The notes beneath the pieces were generated by a model. It worked only from the letters and a program-made list of their open reading frames with translations. It was not told the DNA's origin and did not search any database. Positions 10,362-21,238 of a stretch of 64,000 bases of DNA are shown piece by piece (position 1 is the first letter of the stretch; each line of letters starts with the position of its first letter). The stretch is taken from assembly GCA_963816515.1 (NCBI GenBank), contig CAWFKX010000003.1, forward strand, positions 60,259 to 124,258, in the 5' to 3' direction. Position numbers and translations under genes: made by a program. The stretch comes from an uncultured Gammaproteobacteria bacterium (GTDB lineage: Bacteria; Pseudomonadota; Gammaproteobacteria; Pseudomonadales; Pseudomonadaceae).

Positions 10362-11098
10362 CCCAGATTCTCCGTTACGCGCGGGAAGATGCTTTGGTAA
10401 CCCTCGCCGTAGATGATGTCTTTCTTCGCCGTGATACCAATGTTGCGCTTGGCCTGCACGCCACGCTGCAGGGCCACGCGGGTGTAATATTCCCACAGGT
10501 GTTCCTGGCCGGCCATGCACTGGATGGCTGCGTATTTCTTGTCCCACACCTCGGTGATGTCCAGCAGCACGTCAGGCTTCCACTCGCACTGCTCGGGCTG
10601 ATGCGGTTCGAAACTGTACACCGGTGGCGCGCCGACGATTTTCTCGCCCGGCTTGTAGCCTTCGGCCTGGGCGATGATGCGCGCTTCCTGGGCCAGGTGA
10701 GTGGCCAGCGGGTGATCGTAGTTGTACGGGTCTTTCAGCGAGTGGCTGAGCACGAATTCCGGTTGCACGCGGCGGAACACATCGGCCAGGCGGAACAGGG
10801 TGTCGGTGTCGGCACGCATGGGGTAGTCACCGATGTCGAAGAACTCGACGGTGGCGCCCAGCACCTCGGCGGCGGCCTCGGCTTCCTGACGGCGGCCGGC
10901 CTTGACGATGGCCTCGGTCATGCCGGGGCCCTTGCGCCACATTTTCGCCGACTCGCCACGCTCGCCGAACGACAGGCAGACAATGTGCACGGCATAGCCT
11001 TGCTTGGCGTGCAGGGCAATGGCGCCGCCGGCGCGCCAGACGAAGTCGGCGGAGTGGGCGCTGACCACCAGGGCGGTCTTTTGTTGAGTGGCTGACAT
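10358..11098 (-). CDS. galB: 4-oxalomesaconate hydratase (PIG-L family)
   Basis: [21 protein letters not shown] motifs. Confidence 0.92.
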   Translation of the reverse strand: MSATQQKTALVVSAHSADFVWRAGGAIALHAKQGYAVHIVCLSFGERGESAKMWRKGPGMTEAIVKAGRRQEAEAAAEVLGATVEFFDIGDYPMRADTDTLFRLADVFRRVQPEFVLSHSLKDPYNYDHPLATHLAQEARIIAQAEGYKPGEKIVGAPPVYSFEPHQPEQCEWKPDVLLDITEVWDKKYAAIQCMAGQEHLWEYYTRVALQRGVQAKRNIGITAKKDIIYGEGYQSIFPRVTENLG

Positions 11099-11206
11099 GC
11101 TGGGCTCCTGTGGTGTGCAATGGCTTCATCCTGTCACGGGGCCTTGGCGGGGAATAATGCGTTCAGTTAGGCTAGGTATACTTTTTATTTATCGGGGGCA
11201 CCTGCC

Positions 11207-12418
11207 ATGGTCGATGAACTGCCTAACCTGCTGCAGATTCGCGCCTTTGTGCGGGTGGCCGAGCACGGCAGCATTTCCAAGGCCTCGACGCTGATGTACC
11301 GCGCCCAATCGGTGGTGACCCGGGCCATTCGCGACCTGGAAGTGCGCCTGGATGTACCGCTGTTCGAACGCCACGCCAGCGGCATGCTGCTCACCGACCA
11401 GGGCAAGCGCGTGCTGGCCCGGGCACGGCGTACCCTGGGGGAACTGGAGAGCGTGCCGGCGCTGCTGGGCAATGTCGCCGGGCATGCCGCCGAGCCGCTG
11501 TACCTGCTCAACGCCCGCCGCCTGGAACTGTTCATTGCCCTGTGCCAGACCCGCCACATGCAGACCGTGGCCAGCCTCTACGGCCTGACCCAGCCGGCGG
11601 TCAGCGCCGCGTTGAAAGTGCTGGAAGGCGGCAGCGGCTGCCTGCTGTTCGAGCGCTCCTCCCGTGGCTTGCAACCGACCCGCGCCGCCAGTGAAATCCT
11701 CGCGCCACTGCGCCGGGCGCTCAATGAACTGCGCCACATCGATGCCGACCTGGCTGCCCTGCGTGGTTCGCTGCAGGGCACGGTCAACGTCGGCGCCCTG
11801 CCCCTTGGCCGCAACCGCCTGCTGCCGGCGGCCATCGTCGCGCTGACCAGCGCGCACCCCGGCGTGCGCGTGGCCACCAACGAAAGCCCGTTCGAGTTGC
11901 TGGCGTCGGAATTGCGCGCCGGTGACGTGGATTTTGTGTTCGGCGCCCTGCGCCCGGCCGACTTTGCCAGCGACCTGCACGGCGAAGCGCTGCTGACCGA
12001 AGCCATGGTGCTGTTGGCGCGCCGCGACCATCCCTTGCAGGGCCAGCCGATCAGACCCGCCGACCTGCAAAGCATGCGCTGGGTACTGCCGCGCGCCGGC
12101 AGCCCGGCCCGGAGCCTGCTCAACGGCCAGTTCGCGGCCTGGGGCATTGATGCGCCGCTGCCGGTGGTGGAAAGCGCCGACCTGGCGATCATTCGCGGCC
12201 TGCTGCTGGGCTCGGACATGATCGCCGCCGTGTCAGCCCACCAGTTGGGCCACGAGATCGACAGCGGCGAACTGCAGCCGCTGATGCTGGAGATGCCGCT
12301 GACCGCACGGCCCATCGGCCTCACCTACCGCAGCGCCGGGCTGCATGCGCCGGCGGCCCAGGCGTTGATGGAGCAGATCCGCGCGGCGGTGGCTCAGCGC
12401 TTGCCGGCCACTGAGTAG
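11207..12418 (+). CDS. galR: LysR regulator with two HTH domains (gallate activator)
   Basis: 403 aa; two LysR HTH segments then effector domain; divergent from galB. Confidence 0.88.
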   Translation: MVDELPNLLQIRAFVRVAEHGSISKASTLMYRAQSVVTRAIRDLEVRLDVPLFERHASGMLLTDQGKRVLARARRTLGELESVPALLGNVAGHAAEPLYLLNARRLELFIALCQTRHMQTVASLYGLTQPAVSAALKVLEGGSGCLLFERSSRGLQPTRAASEILAPLRRALNELRHIDADLAALRGSLQGTVNVGALPLGRNRLLPAAIVALTSAHPGVRVATNESPFELLASELRAGDVDFVFGALRPADFASDLHGEALLTEAMVLLARRDHPLQGQPIRPADLQSMRWVLPRAGSPARSLLNGQFAAWGIDAPLPVVESADLAIIRGLLLGSDMIAAVSAHQLGHEIDSGELQPLMLEMPLTARPIGLTYRSAGLHAPAAQALMEQIRAAVAQRLPATE

Positions 12419-13650
12419 AGCACCTGCTGGTTGCGGGTCTTCTGGAATTCTTCCAGCGACAGCCCGCGGAACGCGGCGTAGATGTGCAGGTTGGACACGC
12501 CGGTGACCGCGCCGAGCTTTTCCAGCAGGAAGAAGATCACCCCGTACTGCAACAGCCCCAGCCAGTCGCGGCGGCGCACCAGGTCGCGTTCTTCTTCGCT
12601 CAGTTGCGCTGCTTCGAACAGCGCTTCCTGATCCGCCAGGAAACGCTCGCGCCAGGCCGGCACGATCATCTGGTGCAGGAACCGGTTCAGGCGGTAACCC
12701 TTGTGGCTGCGTTCCAGGGTGAACGGATAGGTGCCCGGCAGGTTTTCCACGCCTTTAAGCTGGTGGTCCATGTGCTCGCGGTGGCGTGCCAGCAGGTCCA
12801 CCGGTACCTCACGGGCCTGATTTTCCAGGACCAGGGTGGCAATGCCGGTCATCGACGGCAGGTAGTAGCCCTGGTGACGCTTGACCACGTTGGCCGACAA
12901 CGCGCCACGCATGATCAGCCAGGTGATCACTTCCGAACCTTCCATGCCGCCCAATTCAGCGTACTCGGCCAGGGTGATCTCGGTCAGCTGCTCGGGGTCG
13001 TTGACCAGCAGGTCGAGGAACTGCGCGTCCCATTCCGGGTTGTTGAAGCCGCACCGCTCGCCGTGCACCTGGTGCGACACGCCGCCCGTGGCCACCACCG
13101 CCACCTTGAGGTCTTCGGGGAAGCTTTCGATGGCGCGGCGCAGGGCCTGGCCCAGCTTGTAGCAGCGCTTGGCGCTGGGAATCGGGAACTGCAGCACGCC
13201 CACGTGCAGGGGCACCACTTTCACCGGCCACTCGGTGTCGAACGGCATCAGCGCCGACATAGGCGAGAACAGCCCGTGGTCCACCGGCTTGTCGCGGAAG
13301 AAGGCCATGTCAAACTCATCGGCCATCAGGCTGCGGCCGATGTGCCGCGACAGCTCGGCGTGACCGCCGATAGGCGGGATGGCGCGCACGCCACCGCCCT
13401 CGTCGGCCACGGCGTAGCGCTCGTCCACGCCCAGGCAAAAGGCCGAGTAGTGGTCGAAGAAAAACGAGGTGACGTGGTCATTGAAGATGTAGAACAGCAC
13501 GTCAGGCTTTTGCTCTTCCAGCCAGGCCTTGATCGGCTCGAAATCCTTGAAGATCGGCGCCCAGGCCGCCTCGCTCTGTTTGTTGTGGTCCACGGCAAAA
13601 CCGATGGTAGGCGTGTGGGAAACGGCGAGACCGCCAATAATGCGCGCCAT
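12394..13650 (-). CDS. galA: Gallate dioxygenase (LigB + C-terminal LigA domain)
   Basis: MARIIGGLAVSHTPTIGFAVD, NDHVTSFFFDHY, GGVSHQVHGER motifs. Confidence 0.93.
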   Translation of the reverse strand: MARIIGGLAVSHTPTIGFAVDHNKQSEAAWAPIFKDFEPIKAWLEEQKPDVLFYIFNDHVTSFFFDHYSAFCLGVDERYAVADEGGGVRAIPPIGGHAELSRHIGRSLMADEFDMAFFRDKPVDHGLFSPMSALMPFDTEWPVKVVPLHVGVLQFPIPSAKRCYKLGQALRRAIESFPEDLKVAVVATGGVSHQVHGERCGFNNPEWDAQFLDLLVNDPEQLTEITLAEYAELGGMEGSEVITWLIMRGALSANVVKRHQGYYLPSMTGIATLVLENQAREVPVDLLARHREHMDHQLKGVENLPGTYPFTLERSHKGYRLNRFLHQMIVPAWRERFLADQEALFEAAQLSEEERDLVRRRDWLGLLQYGVIFFLLEKLGAVTGVSNLHIYAAFRGLSLEEFQKTRNQQVLYSVAGKR

Positions 13651-13933
13651 GCAAACCTCTGCTCGCTGAATGAAATTCTTGTGATGAGGCAGGCTAACCC
13701 AGGCCGCTGGCAGCGTCGTCTGTGTAATGGTTATGAAGGGGTCGTTTTTGTTTATCGCCGCCGCGCATGATGACTATTAACGCGAAGGCTCTGGTACGCG
13801 GCCTGCCATGGGCTTAGCCTTGGCACATTCCCGTGTAGCAGCCGCCGCCAGGCCGCGTCACAGGCGCCGTGCCGTTTTAGATAAACCCCCTGCCCCTGAC
13901 GCTGCCTTCGGCAGCGGCTACAGGGCCCTGCCC

Positions 13934-15142
13934 ATGAGTACATTGATGACCCGCCTGACCGAGCCCTTGCCCGTGCCCCACCCCACCATGACCCGCGCCA
14001 TGGTGGCACTGTTCGCCTTCTGCTGCGGCGCCATCGTCGCCAACATCTACTACGCCCAGCCGATCATCGAGCTGATTGCCCCGGACATCCAACTGTCGGC
14101 ACACGGCGCCAGCCTGATCGTGTCGCTGACCCAGATCGGCTACGCCCTGGGGATTTTCTTCCTGGTGCCACTGGCCGACCTGCTGGAGAACCGCAAGCTG
14201 ATGCTCGGCACCACCCTGCTGGCCACTGTCAGCCTGATTGGCGCGGCGTTGAGTAACCAGCCCAGCGTGTTCCTGGTGGTGTCGCTGCTGATCGGTTTCA
14301 GTTCGGTATCGGTACAGATGCTCATACCGCTGGCCGCGCACATGGCCAGCGAGGAATCACGCGGCAGCGTGGTGGGTAGCATCATGGGCGGGCTGCTGGT
14401 GGGGATTCTGCTGGCACGGCCGCTGTCGAGCGTGATCGCCGACCACTTCGGCTGGCGCGCGGTGTTCTACGTGGCGTCTGTGGTGATGGTGGCGATCACC
14501 CTGGTGATGGCCCGTACCATCCCCTATCGCCAGCCGGACCACAGCGCCAGCTATGGCCAGTTGCTGGCTTCGCTGGGCACCCTGGTGCGCCGCCATGCGC
14601 TGCTGCGCCAGCGGTCGTTCTACCAGGCAATGATGTTTGCCACCTTCAGTCTGTTCTGGACCGCCGTGCCACTGGAGCTGTCGCGCCAGCACGGGCTGAG
14701 CCAGAGCCAGATCGCCATTTTCGCTCTGGTGGGCGCCATCGGCGCCATCGCCGCGCCCATTGCCGGGCGCCTGGCCGATGCCGGCCACACCCGCCGTGCC
14801 TCGCTGGTGGCGATGGTGCTGGCGCCGCTGAGCTTCACCACGGCGCTGGTGCACCCGGCGTTCAGCGTGGTCGGCCTGGCGTTGACCGGGGTACTGCTGG
14901 ACTTCGCCGTGCAGATGAACATGGTGCTGGGCCAGCGCATCATCTATGGCCTGGACGCCACTAGCCGCGCACGCCTGAATGCGCTGTACGTGACCAGCAT
15001 CTTCGTGGGCGGCGCGGTGGGCTCTGCGATTGCCAGCAGCCTCTACGAGGCTGGCGGCTGGTCGCTGATCGTCAAGGTCGGTTGCGCGATTCCGCTGCTG
15101 GCCCTGGTGGGCTTCCTGCTGAACTCGCGCCGCCGTGCCTGA
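13934..15142 (+). CDS. MFS transporter
   Basis: VANIYYAQP, ~12 TM, ARLNALY motif. Confidence 0.85.
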   Translation: MSTLMTRLTEPLPVPHPTMTRAMVALFAFCCGAIVANIYYAQPIIELIAPDIQLSAHGASLIVSLTQIGYALGIFFLVPLADLLENRKLMLGTTLLATVSLIGAALSNQPSVFLVVSLLIGFSSVSVQMLIPLAAHMASEESRGSVVGSIMGGLLVGILLARPLSSVIADHFGWRAVFYVASVVMVAITLVMARTIPYRQPDHSASYGQLLASLGTLVRRHALLRQRSFYQAMMFATFSLFWTAVPLELSRQHGLSQSQIAIFALVGAIGAIAAPIAGRLADAGHTRRASLVAMVLAPLSFTTALVHPAFSVVGLALTGVLLDFAVQMNMVLGQRIIYGLDATSRARLNALYVTSIFVGGAVGSAIASSLYEAGGWSLIVKVGCAIPLLALVGFLLNSRRRA

Positions 15143-15151
15143 CGAGCGGGA

Positions 15152-16111
15152 TCAGGGCAGCAGAATGACTTTCTGGCTGCTGCCGCGGTTGAGGTCAGCG
15201 TAGGCTGCCAGGCCTGCGCTGAGTGGTACTTCCACCAGGTCGGTGGGCAGCGGCAGGGCGCCGTTGTCGAAGTGGCGGCCAAACTGTTCGAGCATGCGGG
15301 CGCAGGCCGCGCAGTTATACAACAGGCTATTGACGCCCACCAACGAGCCGCCCTTGCGGTACAGGCCCAGCGCCGAGAACTCCACCAGGCCGTTGACCGG
15401 CGCGGCAATGATGGCGATGCGGCCGAACACTGCCAATGCGCTGACCGCGGCTGGCAGCCAGAAGCCGGTGGTGTCGAAGATCACCTCGGCGCCGCCGGGG
15501 AACACCGCTTCCACCTGGGCGGCCAGGGTGTCGGCCTGGTCCAGCAGAATCACCGGATAGCCTTGGGCTTTCAAGGCCTCGGCCTGCTCCGGGCGGCGCA
15601 CGGCGGCCAGCACCTCGGCACCGCGAATGCGCGCCAGGGCCAGGGCCGCCGTGCCTACCGCACCGTTGGCGCCCAGCACCAGGAAGCGCGTGCCCTGGGT
15701 CACCTGGCTGCGTTCTACCGCATCCCAGGCCGTGGTGTAGGGCACGCCGAGGCTGGCAGCCTGGGTGAAGCTCAATTGCTCGGGCTTGAGCGCCACGCCA
15801 TCGGCGGGCACGGTCAGGTACTGGGCGTGGCTGCCGTCGTGCTTGAAGCCCAGGTCACTGCCGGTGCCCCACACGGCCTGGCCCACCAGCGCCTCTGGGC
15901 CTTGCACCACCACGCCGGCGAAATCGCGGCCCGGTACCCGTGGCAGCGTGGTGTAGGGGAAACGCCCCAACACATTCTTGACGTCGCTGGGGTTCAGGCC
16001 CGCGGCCTTGACCTGGACCAGTACCTGGCCGGCGGCCGGAACGGGCATGGGCAGGTCAGCCGACTGCAGGTTGGCCAGGTCGCCGGTGCGGGTGAATTGC
16101 AGAGCGTGCAT
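15152..16111 (-). CDS. MDR-superfamily NAD(P)H:quinone oxidoreductase-like protein
   Basis: AAGLNPSD, PGRDFAG, GANGAVG motifs. Confidence 0.85.
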   Translation of the reverse strand: MHALQFTRTGDLANLQSADLPMPVPAAGQVLVQVKAAGLNPSDVKNVLGRFPYTTLPRVPGRDFAGVVVQGPEALVGQAVWGTGSDLGFKHDGSHAQYLTVPADGVALKPEQLSFTQAASLGVPYTTAWDAVERSQVTQGTRFLVLGANGAVGTAALALARIRGAEVLAAVRRPEQAEALKAQGYPVILLDQADTLAAQVEAVFPGGAEVIFDTTGFWLPAAVSALAVFGRIAIIAAPVNGLVEFSALGLYRKGGSLVGVNSLLYNCAACARMLEQFGRHFDNGALPLPTDLVEVPLSAGLAAYADLNRGSSQKVILLP

Positions 16112-16238
16112 GGGGAGACTCCCTTGGTAGATGGCCGCAGTCTATGGCCGGTTGAGCCGGGATATCGGCCAAGCGCTTCATCCTGTCGGCCAAACCCCTT
16201 CCCTTGGCGGCGGCAGGAGACGCCACCCGCTTTCTCTA

Positions 16239-17012
16239 CTACAGCGGGGTTGCGGTGTAGTGTGAGGGGGCCACGCCCAGGGCGCGTTTGAACATGTCGG
16301 TGAAGCTGCTGGGCGAGTAGCCCAGGGTGCGGGCGATGGCGCTGACCGGCACACCCTGGATCAGCTCGGCAGCGGCTGTGGCCAGTTGCACCTGCCGGCG
16401 CCATTCGGCGAAGCCCATGCCCAGGCTGGCCTGGAACAACCGCGCCAGGGTGCGCACGCTGGCGCCCGCGGCGCCAGCGTGCTGCTCGAAGGAAATGGCC
16501 AGCGACGGCTGGGCCATCACCGCCTGGCACAGGTTCATCAGCCGTCGGTCGGACGGGGCCGGCATGGGCACGCGCATGGCGCTGCGCCGCGCCTTGTGCA
16601 GCTCCAGCACCGCCAGTTGCGCCAGCGCCTGGTAGTACTCGCCCTGGCGCTGCTGCTCATGGTCCACCAGGGTCAAAATCAGTTCGCGCAACAGCCCGCC
16701 CACTTCCAGCACCTGCACCTGGGTGTCGAGGGTGGCGGCGATGGACGGGCGCAGGTAGATGTTGCGCATCTGCAGCTCAGTGACCACGCGAATGCCATGG
16801 GGCACCCCCGGCGGCAGCCACACCGCGCGCTGGGGCGGCACCACCAGGGCCTCGCAGGGCGTTTCAACCCACATCACCCCGCTCACCGCGTACAGCAGCT
16901 GGCCCCAGGCATGCTCGTGGGGTTCCACGAACAAACCACGCGGGTAGGCCCGCGCCAGGGGCTGCACGGGGATCTCGGTGTTGCTCAGGTCGGGTGGCGC
17001 GGCAATGGCCAT
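16239..17012 (-). CDS. AraC-family regulator with cupin sensor (NimR-like)
   Basis: PHEHAWGQLLY cupin, C-terminal HTH LGYSPSSFTDMFKR. Confidence 0.88.
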   Translation of the reverse strand: MAIAAPPDLSNTEIPVQPLARAYPRGLFVEPHEHAWGQLLYAVSGVMWVETPCEALVVPPQRAVWLPPGVPHGIRVVTELQMRNIYLRPSIAATLDTQVQVLEVGGLLRELILTLVDHEQQRQGEYYQALAQLAVLELHKARRSAMRVPMPAPSDRRLMNLCQAVMAQPSLAISFEQHAGAAGASVRTLARLFQASLGMGFAEWRRQVQLATAAAELIQGVPVSAIARTLGYSPSSFTDMFKRALGVAPSHYTATPL

Positions 17013-17256
17013 GGTACGGCAGGCGTCGTGAGGGGAAACACACAGGGTAACCACCCGTCCGCGTGGGCGCCACTGGCGCTTCGCCGGGTAGCCGAATGGA
17101 TGAAAAATTCTTAACCTTCACGGCCATCGAGTGCGGCAGCCCGTCGCAGAGCGATTTAGCGACCGATCATCGAACTGGTTCGTACATTTTGTCTTGACCG
17201 TGCCCGGTGGCTTCAATAGCCTGCCCGGCAACAACTACAAAGACGAGAATCACCCC

Positions 17257-18588
17257 ATGCCTGATAGCCATTCGGGCGCAGTGACGATCGCCGCCGCGAC
17301 TCGTTCCGCTGCTGCCTCTGCCGTGCGCCCCAGCCGTGCCCGCTTTGTCATTCTGACCTTGCTGGCGGTCGGCACCATTATCAATTACCTGGACCGCAGC
17401 ATCCTCGGTATCGCCGCGCCCACCATGACCACCGAACTGGGCATCGACCCGGCGCTGATGGGCGTGATGTTCTCCGCGTTCGCCTGGAGCTATGTGCTGG
17501 CCCAGGTACCCGGCGGCGCCTTGCTCGACCGTTTCGGCAGCGGCAAGACCTACTTCGTCGCCGCCAGCGCCTGGTCGCTGACCACCCTGCTGCACGGCCT
17601 GGTCAGCGGCTTCACCTCGCTGATCGGCCTGCGCCTGCTGCTGGGCGTGAGCGAAGCCACCTGCTTCCCCACCAACAGCCGCGTGGTCGCCACCTGGTTC
17701 CCGCAGCAGGAACGGGCGCGCGCCACCAGTATCTACACCGTCGGCGAGTACATTGGCCTGGCTTTCCTCAGCCCGCTGCTGTTCGTGCTGCTGGCACACT
17801 ACGGCTGGCGCTCGCTGTTCGTGCTGGTGGGCGTCATTGGCCTGGTGTTCGCCCTGGTGTGGAAGCTGCGCTACCGAGAGCCCCATGAGTGCACCAGCGT
17901 CAACCAGGCGGAACTGGACTACATCGAAGCCGGTGGCGGCCTGGCGCCCAAGGACGAGGTGAAAACCCCGTTCTCCTGGAAAAGCCTGCGCCAACTGCTG
18001 AGCTACCGGCAGATCTGGGGCGCGTGCCTGGGCCAGTTCGCCGGCAACTCGACCCTGGTATTCTTCCTGACCTGGTTCCCCACTTACCTGTCCACCGAGC
18101 GTCACATGGGCTGGATGAAGATGGGCTTCTTCGCTGTACTGCCGTTCATTGCCGCCGGTTGCGGGGTGATGCTGGGCGGCTGGTTCTCCGACCGCCTGAT
18201 CCAGCGCACCGGCAACGCCAGCCTGGGTCGCAAGCTGCCGATCATCGCCGGCCTGCTGATGGCCAGTTGCATCGTCGCCGCCAACTTCGTGGAAAGTGAC
18301 CAGGCGGTGATCGCCATCCTCTCCATCGCCTTCTTTGGCCAGGGCATGGTCGGCCTGGGCTGGACGGTGATCTCCGACATCGCCCCGAAAAAGCTCATCG
18401 GCCTGACCGCCGGCGTGTTCAACCTGGTGACCGGCATGGCAGGCATCATTACCCCGCTGGTGATTGGCTTCATCGTGTCCAGCAGCGGTTCGTTCGTGGG
18501 CGCACTGTGGTTCATCGGTGCGGTGGCCCTGGCGGGTGCGCTCGCGTACCTGTTGCTGCTGGGCGAGGTCAAGCGCCTGGACGTGTGA
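17257..18588 (+). CDS. MFS transporter, ACS family (DgoT-like)
   Basis: NYLDRSILGIAAP, WFPQQERARAT, GQFAGNSTLVFFLTWFP. Confidence 0.85.
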   Translation: MPDSHSGAVTIAAATRSAAASAVRPSRARFVILTLLAVGTIINYLDRSILGIAAPTMTTELGIDPALMGVMFSAFAWSYVLAQVPGGALLDRFGSGKTYFVAASAWSLTTLLHGLVSGFTSLIGLRLLLGVSEATCFPTNSRVVATWFPQQERARATSIYTVGEYIGLAFLSPLLFVLLAHYGWRSLFVLVGVIGLVFALVWKLRYREPHECTSVNQAELDYIEAGGGLAPKDEVKTPFSWKSLRQLLSYRQIWGACLGQFAGNSTLVFFLTWFPTYLSTERHMGWMKMGFFAVLPFIAAGCGVMLGGWFSDRLIQRTGNASLGRKLPIIAGLLMASCIVAANFVESDQAVIAILSIAFFGQGMVGLGWTVISDIAPKKLIGLTAGVFNLVTGMAGIITPLVIGFIVSSSGSFVGALWFIGAVALAGALAYLLLLGEVKRLDV

Positions 18589-18605
18589 CGCCTGTAGCAA
18601 CTGTC

Positions 18606-19550
18606 TTAATGTGTGGCAGCGGGGGTCCGGCCTGATGAAGCGGATACCTCGCGGCCCATTTCGTGGACGATGTATTCGACGAAGCTGCGCAGCTTCGGCG
18701 AGCGATACCGCTCCTGCGGGTACACCAGGTGCATCGGCCGCACCGGCAGTTGCCACTCGGGCAGCAACGGCACCAGCCGGCCATCGGCCAATTCCTCGCG
18801 CACCAGCGCATCGGGCAGCATGGCAATGCCCAACCCTGACAGCGCCGCACGCTTGAGCGCCGGCGCGCTGTTGACGGCGATGCGGCCGCTGACATCCACA
18901 CTCACCTCACCATCCGCCCCGCTCAAGCGCCAGTGTTTCTGGGTCCAGCGCCATTCGGTGCCCGCCGGGTAGGCGAAGGCCAGGCAGTCGTGTTCGGCCA
19001 GGGCCAGCACATCCACCGGCGTGCCACGCCGCTTCAGGTACAACGGCGCCGCGCACAGGGTCAGGCCATAGTCCTGCAACGGCCGGGCGATCAGGCTGGA
19101 GTTTTCCAGGGTGCCCAAGCGAATGGCAGCGTCGAAGCCCTCCTCCACCAAGTCCACCAGCCGGTCAGTCAGCACCACGTCCAGCTTCACCGCCGGGTTG
19201 TTCTTCAGGTAGTCGGCCAGGCACGGCATCAGGCATTCGGCGCCGAAGGTCGGCGGCGCGGTGATGCGCAACGTGCCATGGGGCACGGCCTGCACTTGCT
19301 CGGCCAACTGCTCGGCGGCGCTGACCTGGCCGAGTATATCCAGGCAACGCTGGTAATAAGCACTGCCGAACTCGGTCAGGCTCTGCCGCCGGGTGGTGCG
19401 GCGCAGCAGGCTGACGCCCAGGCGCTGCTCCAGCGCGCGCAAATGGTTGCCGACCATGGTGGTGGACATGCCACAGGTTTCAGCGGCGGCGGTCATGCTG
19501 CCGCCCTCCACCACTTGAACGAACACGCCCATGGCCTGAAAAACGTCCAT
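18606..19550 (-). CDS. LysR regulator (CrgA/DmlR-like)
   Basis: N-terminal [28 protein letters not shown]. Confidence 0.9.
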   Translation of the reverse strand: MDVFQAMGVFVQVVEGGSMTAAAETCGMSTTMVGNHLRALEQRLGVSLLRRTTRRQSLTEFGSAYYQRCLDILGQVSAAEQLAEQVQAVPHGTLRITAPPTFGAECLMPCLADYLKNNPAVKLDVVLTDRLVDLVEEGFDAAIRLGTLENSSLIARPLQDYGLTLCAAPLYLKRRGTPVDVLALAEHDCLAFAYPAGTEWRWTQKHWRLSGADGEVSVDVSGRIAVNSAPALKRAALSGLGIAMLPDALVREELADGRLVPLLPEWQLPVRPMHLVYPQERYRSPKLRSFVEYIVHEMGREVSASSGRTPAATH

Positions 19551-19648
19551 TATCCACTCCTGCTTCAAGGTCCTTTCAGTCTAGAGCGGTTTATCTAGTT
19601 TTGCTGGATAAACATACTGCGGCCTCCCCGACCACAAGGACTGCGCCG

Positions 19649-20851
19649 ATGAACGCCCCACACGCCCTGCCAACCGCCCACCCCAGCCTGATGAACAATT
19701 ACCAGCCGTTGCCGATCAGCTTTGTGCGCGGCGCCGATTGCCGCCTGTGGGACAGTGACGGCCGCGAGTACCTGGACGCCCTGGCGGGCGTGGCCGTGAC
19801 CTCCGTCGGCCATAGCCACCCGCGCATTGTCGAGGCCATTCGCGAGCAGGCCGGCCTGCTGTTGCACACCTCCAACTTGTACCGCATTGACTGGCAGGTG
19901 GGCCTGGCCGAACGCCTGACGGCCCTGGCCAGCATGGACCGGGCGTTCTTCTGCAACTCCGGCGCCGAAGCCAACGAGACCGCGTTGAAACTGGCGCGCT
20001 TGCACGCCCAGCGCAAAGGCATCAGCCAACCGCTGGTGGTGGTGATGGAGAACAGCTTTCACGGCCGCACCTTCGCCACCCTGTCAGCCAGCGACAGCCC
20101 CAGCTGCCAGGCCGGTTTCGCGCCACTGATGGACGGCTTCGTGAAAGTGCCGTTCGGGGACGTGCTGGCCCTTGAAGCGCTGGCGCAAAGCCATGGCCAA
20201 CGCATCGTCGCCGTGCTGATCGAGCCGGTGCAGGGCGAAAGCGGTGTGCAAGTGGCGCCCAGCGGTTACCTGCAGGCGGTGCGCACGCTGTGCGATGCCC
20301 AGCAGTGGCTGCTGATGCTCGACGAAATCCAGACCGGCCTGGGCCGCACCGGCCGCTGGTTCGCCGGCCAGCACGAAGGCGTTGTACCCGACGTGATGAC
20401 CTTGGCCAAGGCACTGGGCAACGGCATTCCCATCGGCGCGTGCCTGGCCAGCGGCAATGCCGCCGAGCTGTTCGGCCCCGGCAGCCATGGCAGCACCTTT
20501 GGCGGCAACCCGCTGGCCTGCCGGGTAGCGTGCACCGTGCTGGACATCATCGAGGAACAAGGCTTGGTGGCCAACGCCGGGCGCCAGGGAGAGTTGCTGC
20601 TGCAAGGGCTGCGCGTGGCGCTGCAGGATCACCCCCAGGTACAGGCCATTCGCGGCCATGGCCTGATGATCGGCATCGACCTGCGCCAACCCGGACGCCA
20701 CCTGGCACAGGTGGCGGCGCAGCAGCATGGATTGTTGATCAACATCGCCCGCGGCCAGACCATTCGGCTGCTGCCGCCGTTGACCCTGGACGATGAAAGC
20801 CGCGAGCAGATCGTGCGCCGCCTGACCGCCCTGCTCGACTCAGTGGCGTGA
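19649..20851 (+). CDS. Class III aminotransferase (acetylornithine aminotransferase-like)
   Basis: [28 protein letters not shown] lysine in TLAKALGNG. Confidence 0.9.
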   Translation: MNAPHALPTAHPSLMNNYQPLPISFVRGADCRLWDSDGREYLDALAGVAVTSVGHSHPRIVEAIREQAGLLLHTSNLYRIDWQVGLAERLTALASMDRAFFCNSGAEANETALKLARLHAQRKGISQPLVVVMENSFHGRTFATLSASDSPSCQAGFAPLMDGFVKVPFGDVLALEALAQSHGQRIVAVLIEPVQGESGVQVAPSGYLQAVRTLCDAQQWLLMLDEIQTGLGRTGRWFAGQHEGVVPDVMTLAKALGNGIPIGACLASGNAAELFGPGSHGSTFGGNPLACRVACTVLDIIEEQGLVANAGRQGELLLQGLRVALQDHPQVQAIRGHGLMIGIDLRQPGRHLAQVAAQQHGLLINIARGQTIRLLPPLTLDDESREQIVRRLTALLDSVA

Positions 20852-21217
20852 GCCGTCGGCCGGCCCGATCAGCTCATGCACCTTGGCAATGACGTCGGCC
20901 ATCTTGAAGGGTTTGTCGAACACGGCGGCGAACACGTCGGGCGTGGCCCGGCCAACGCTGCCCTGGGCGCCACTCATGAGCAAAATGGGCAGGTCCTTGT
21001 ACAACGGGTGCTGACGGATCTTGCGCGCCATTTCCAGACCGTTCATCACCGGCATCATGAAGTCGGTGATCACCAAGGCCGGGCGCTCGCGCTCGAGCAC
21101 CTCCAGGCCTTTGCGGCCATTGGCGGCCTTGACGACCATGTAGCCCTCGTCCTCGAACGCATATTCGAGGATGTTGGCAATCATGAACTCGTCGTCGACG
21201 ATCAGGATGGTGGTCAT
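20840..21217 (-). CDS. Single-domain response regulator receiver (CheY-like)
   Basis: [20 protein letters not shown] motifs; no output domain. Confidence 0.9.
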   Translation of the reverse strand: MTTILIVDDEFMIANILEYAFEDEGYMVVKAANGRKGLEVLERERPALVITDFMMPVMNGLEMARKIRQHPLYKDLPILLMSGAQGSVGRATPDVFAAVFDKPFKMADVIAKVHELIGPADGSRH

Positions 21218-21238
21218 GTCAGCTCGATCCGCGCGCTT

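Noticed and set aside
11207-12418. Double-HTH LysR as a novelty
   Set aside because: Already a described property of GalR
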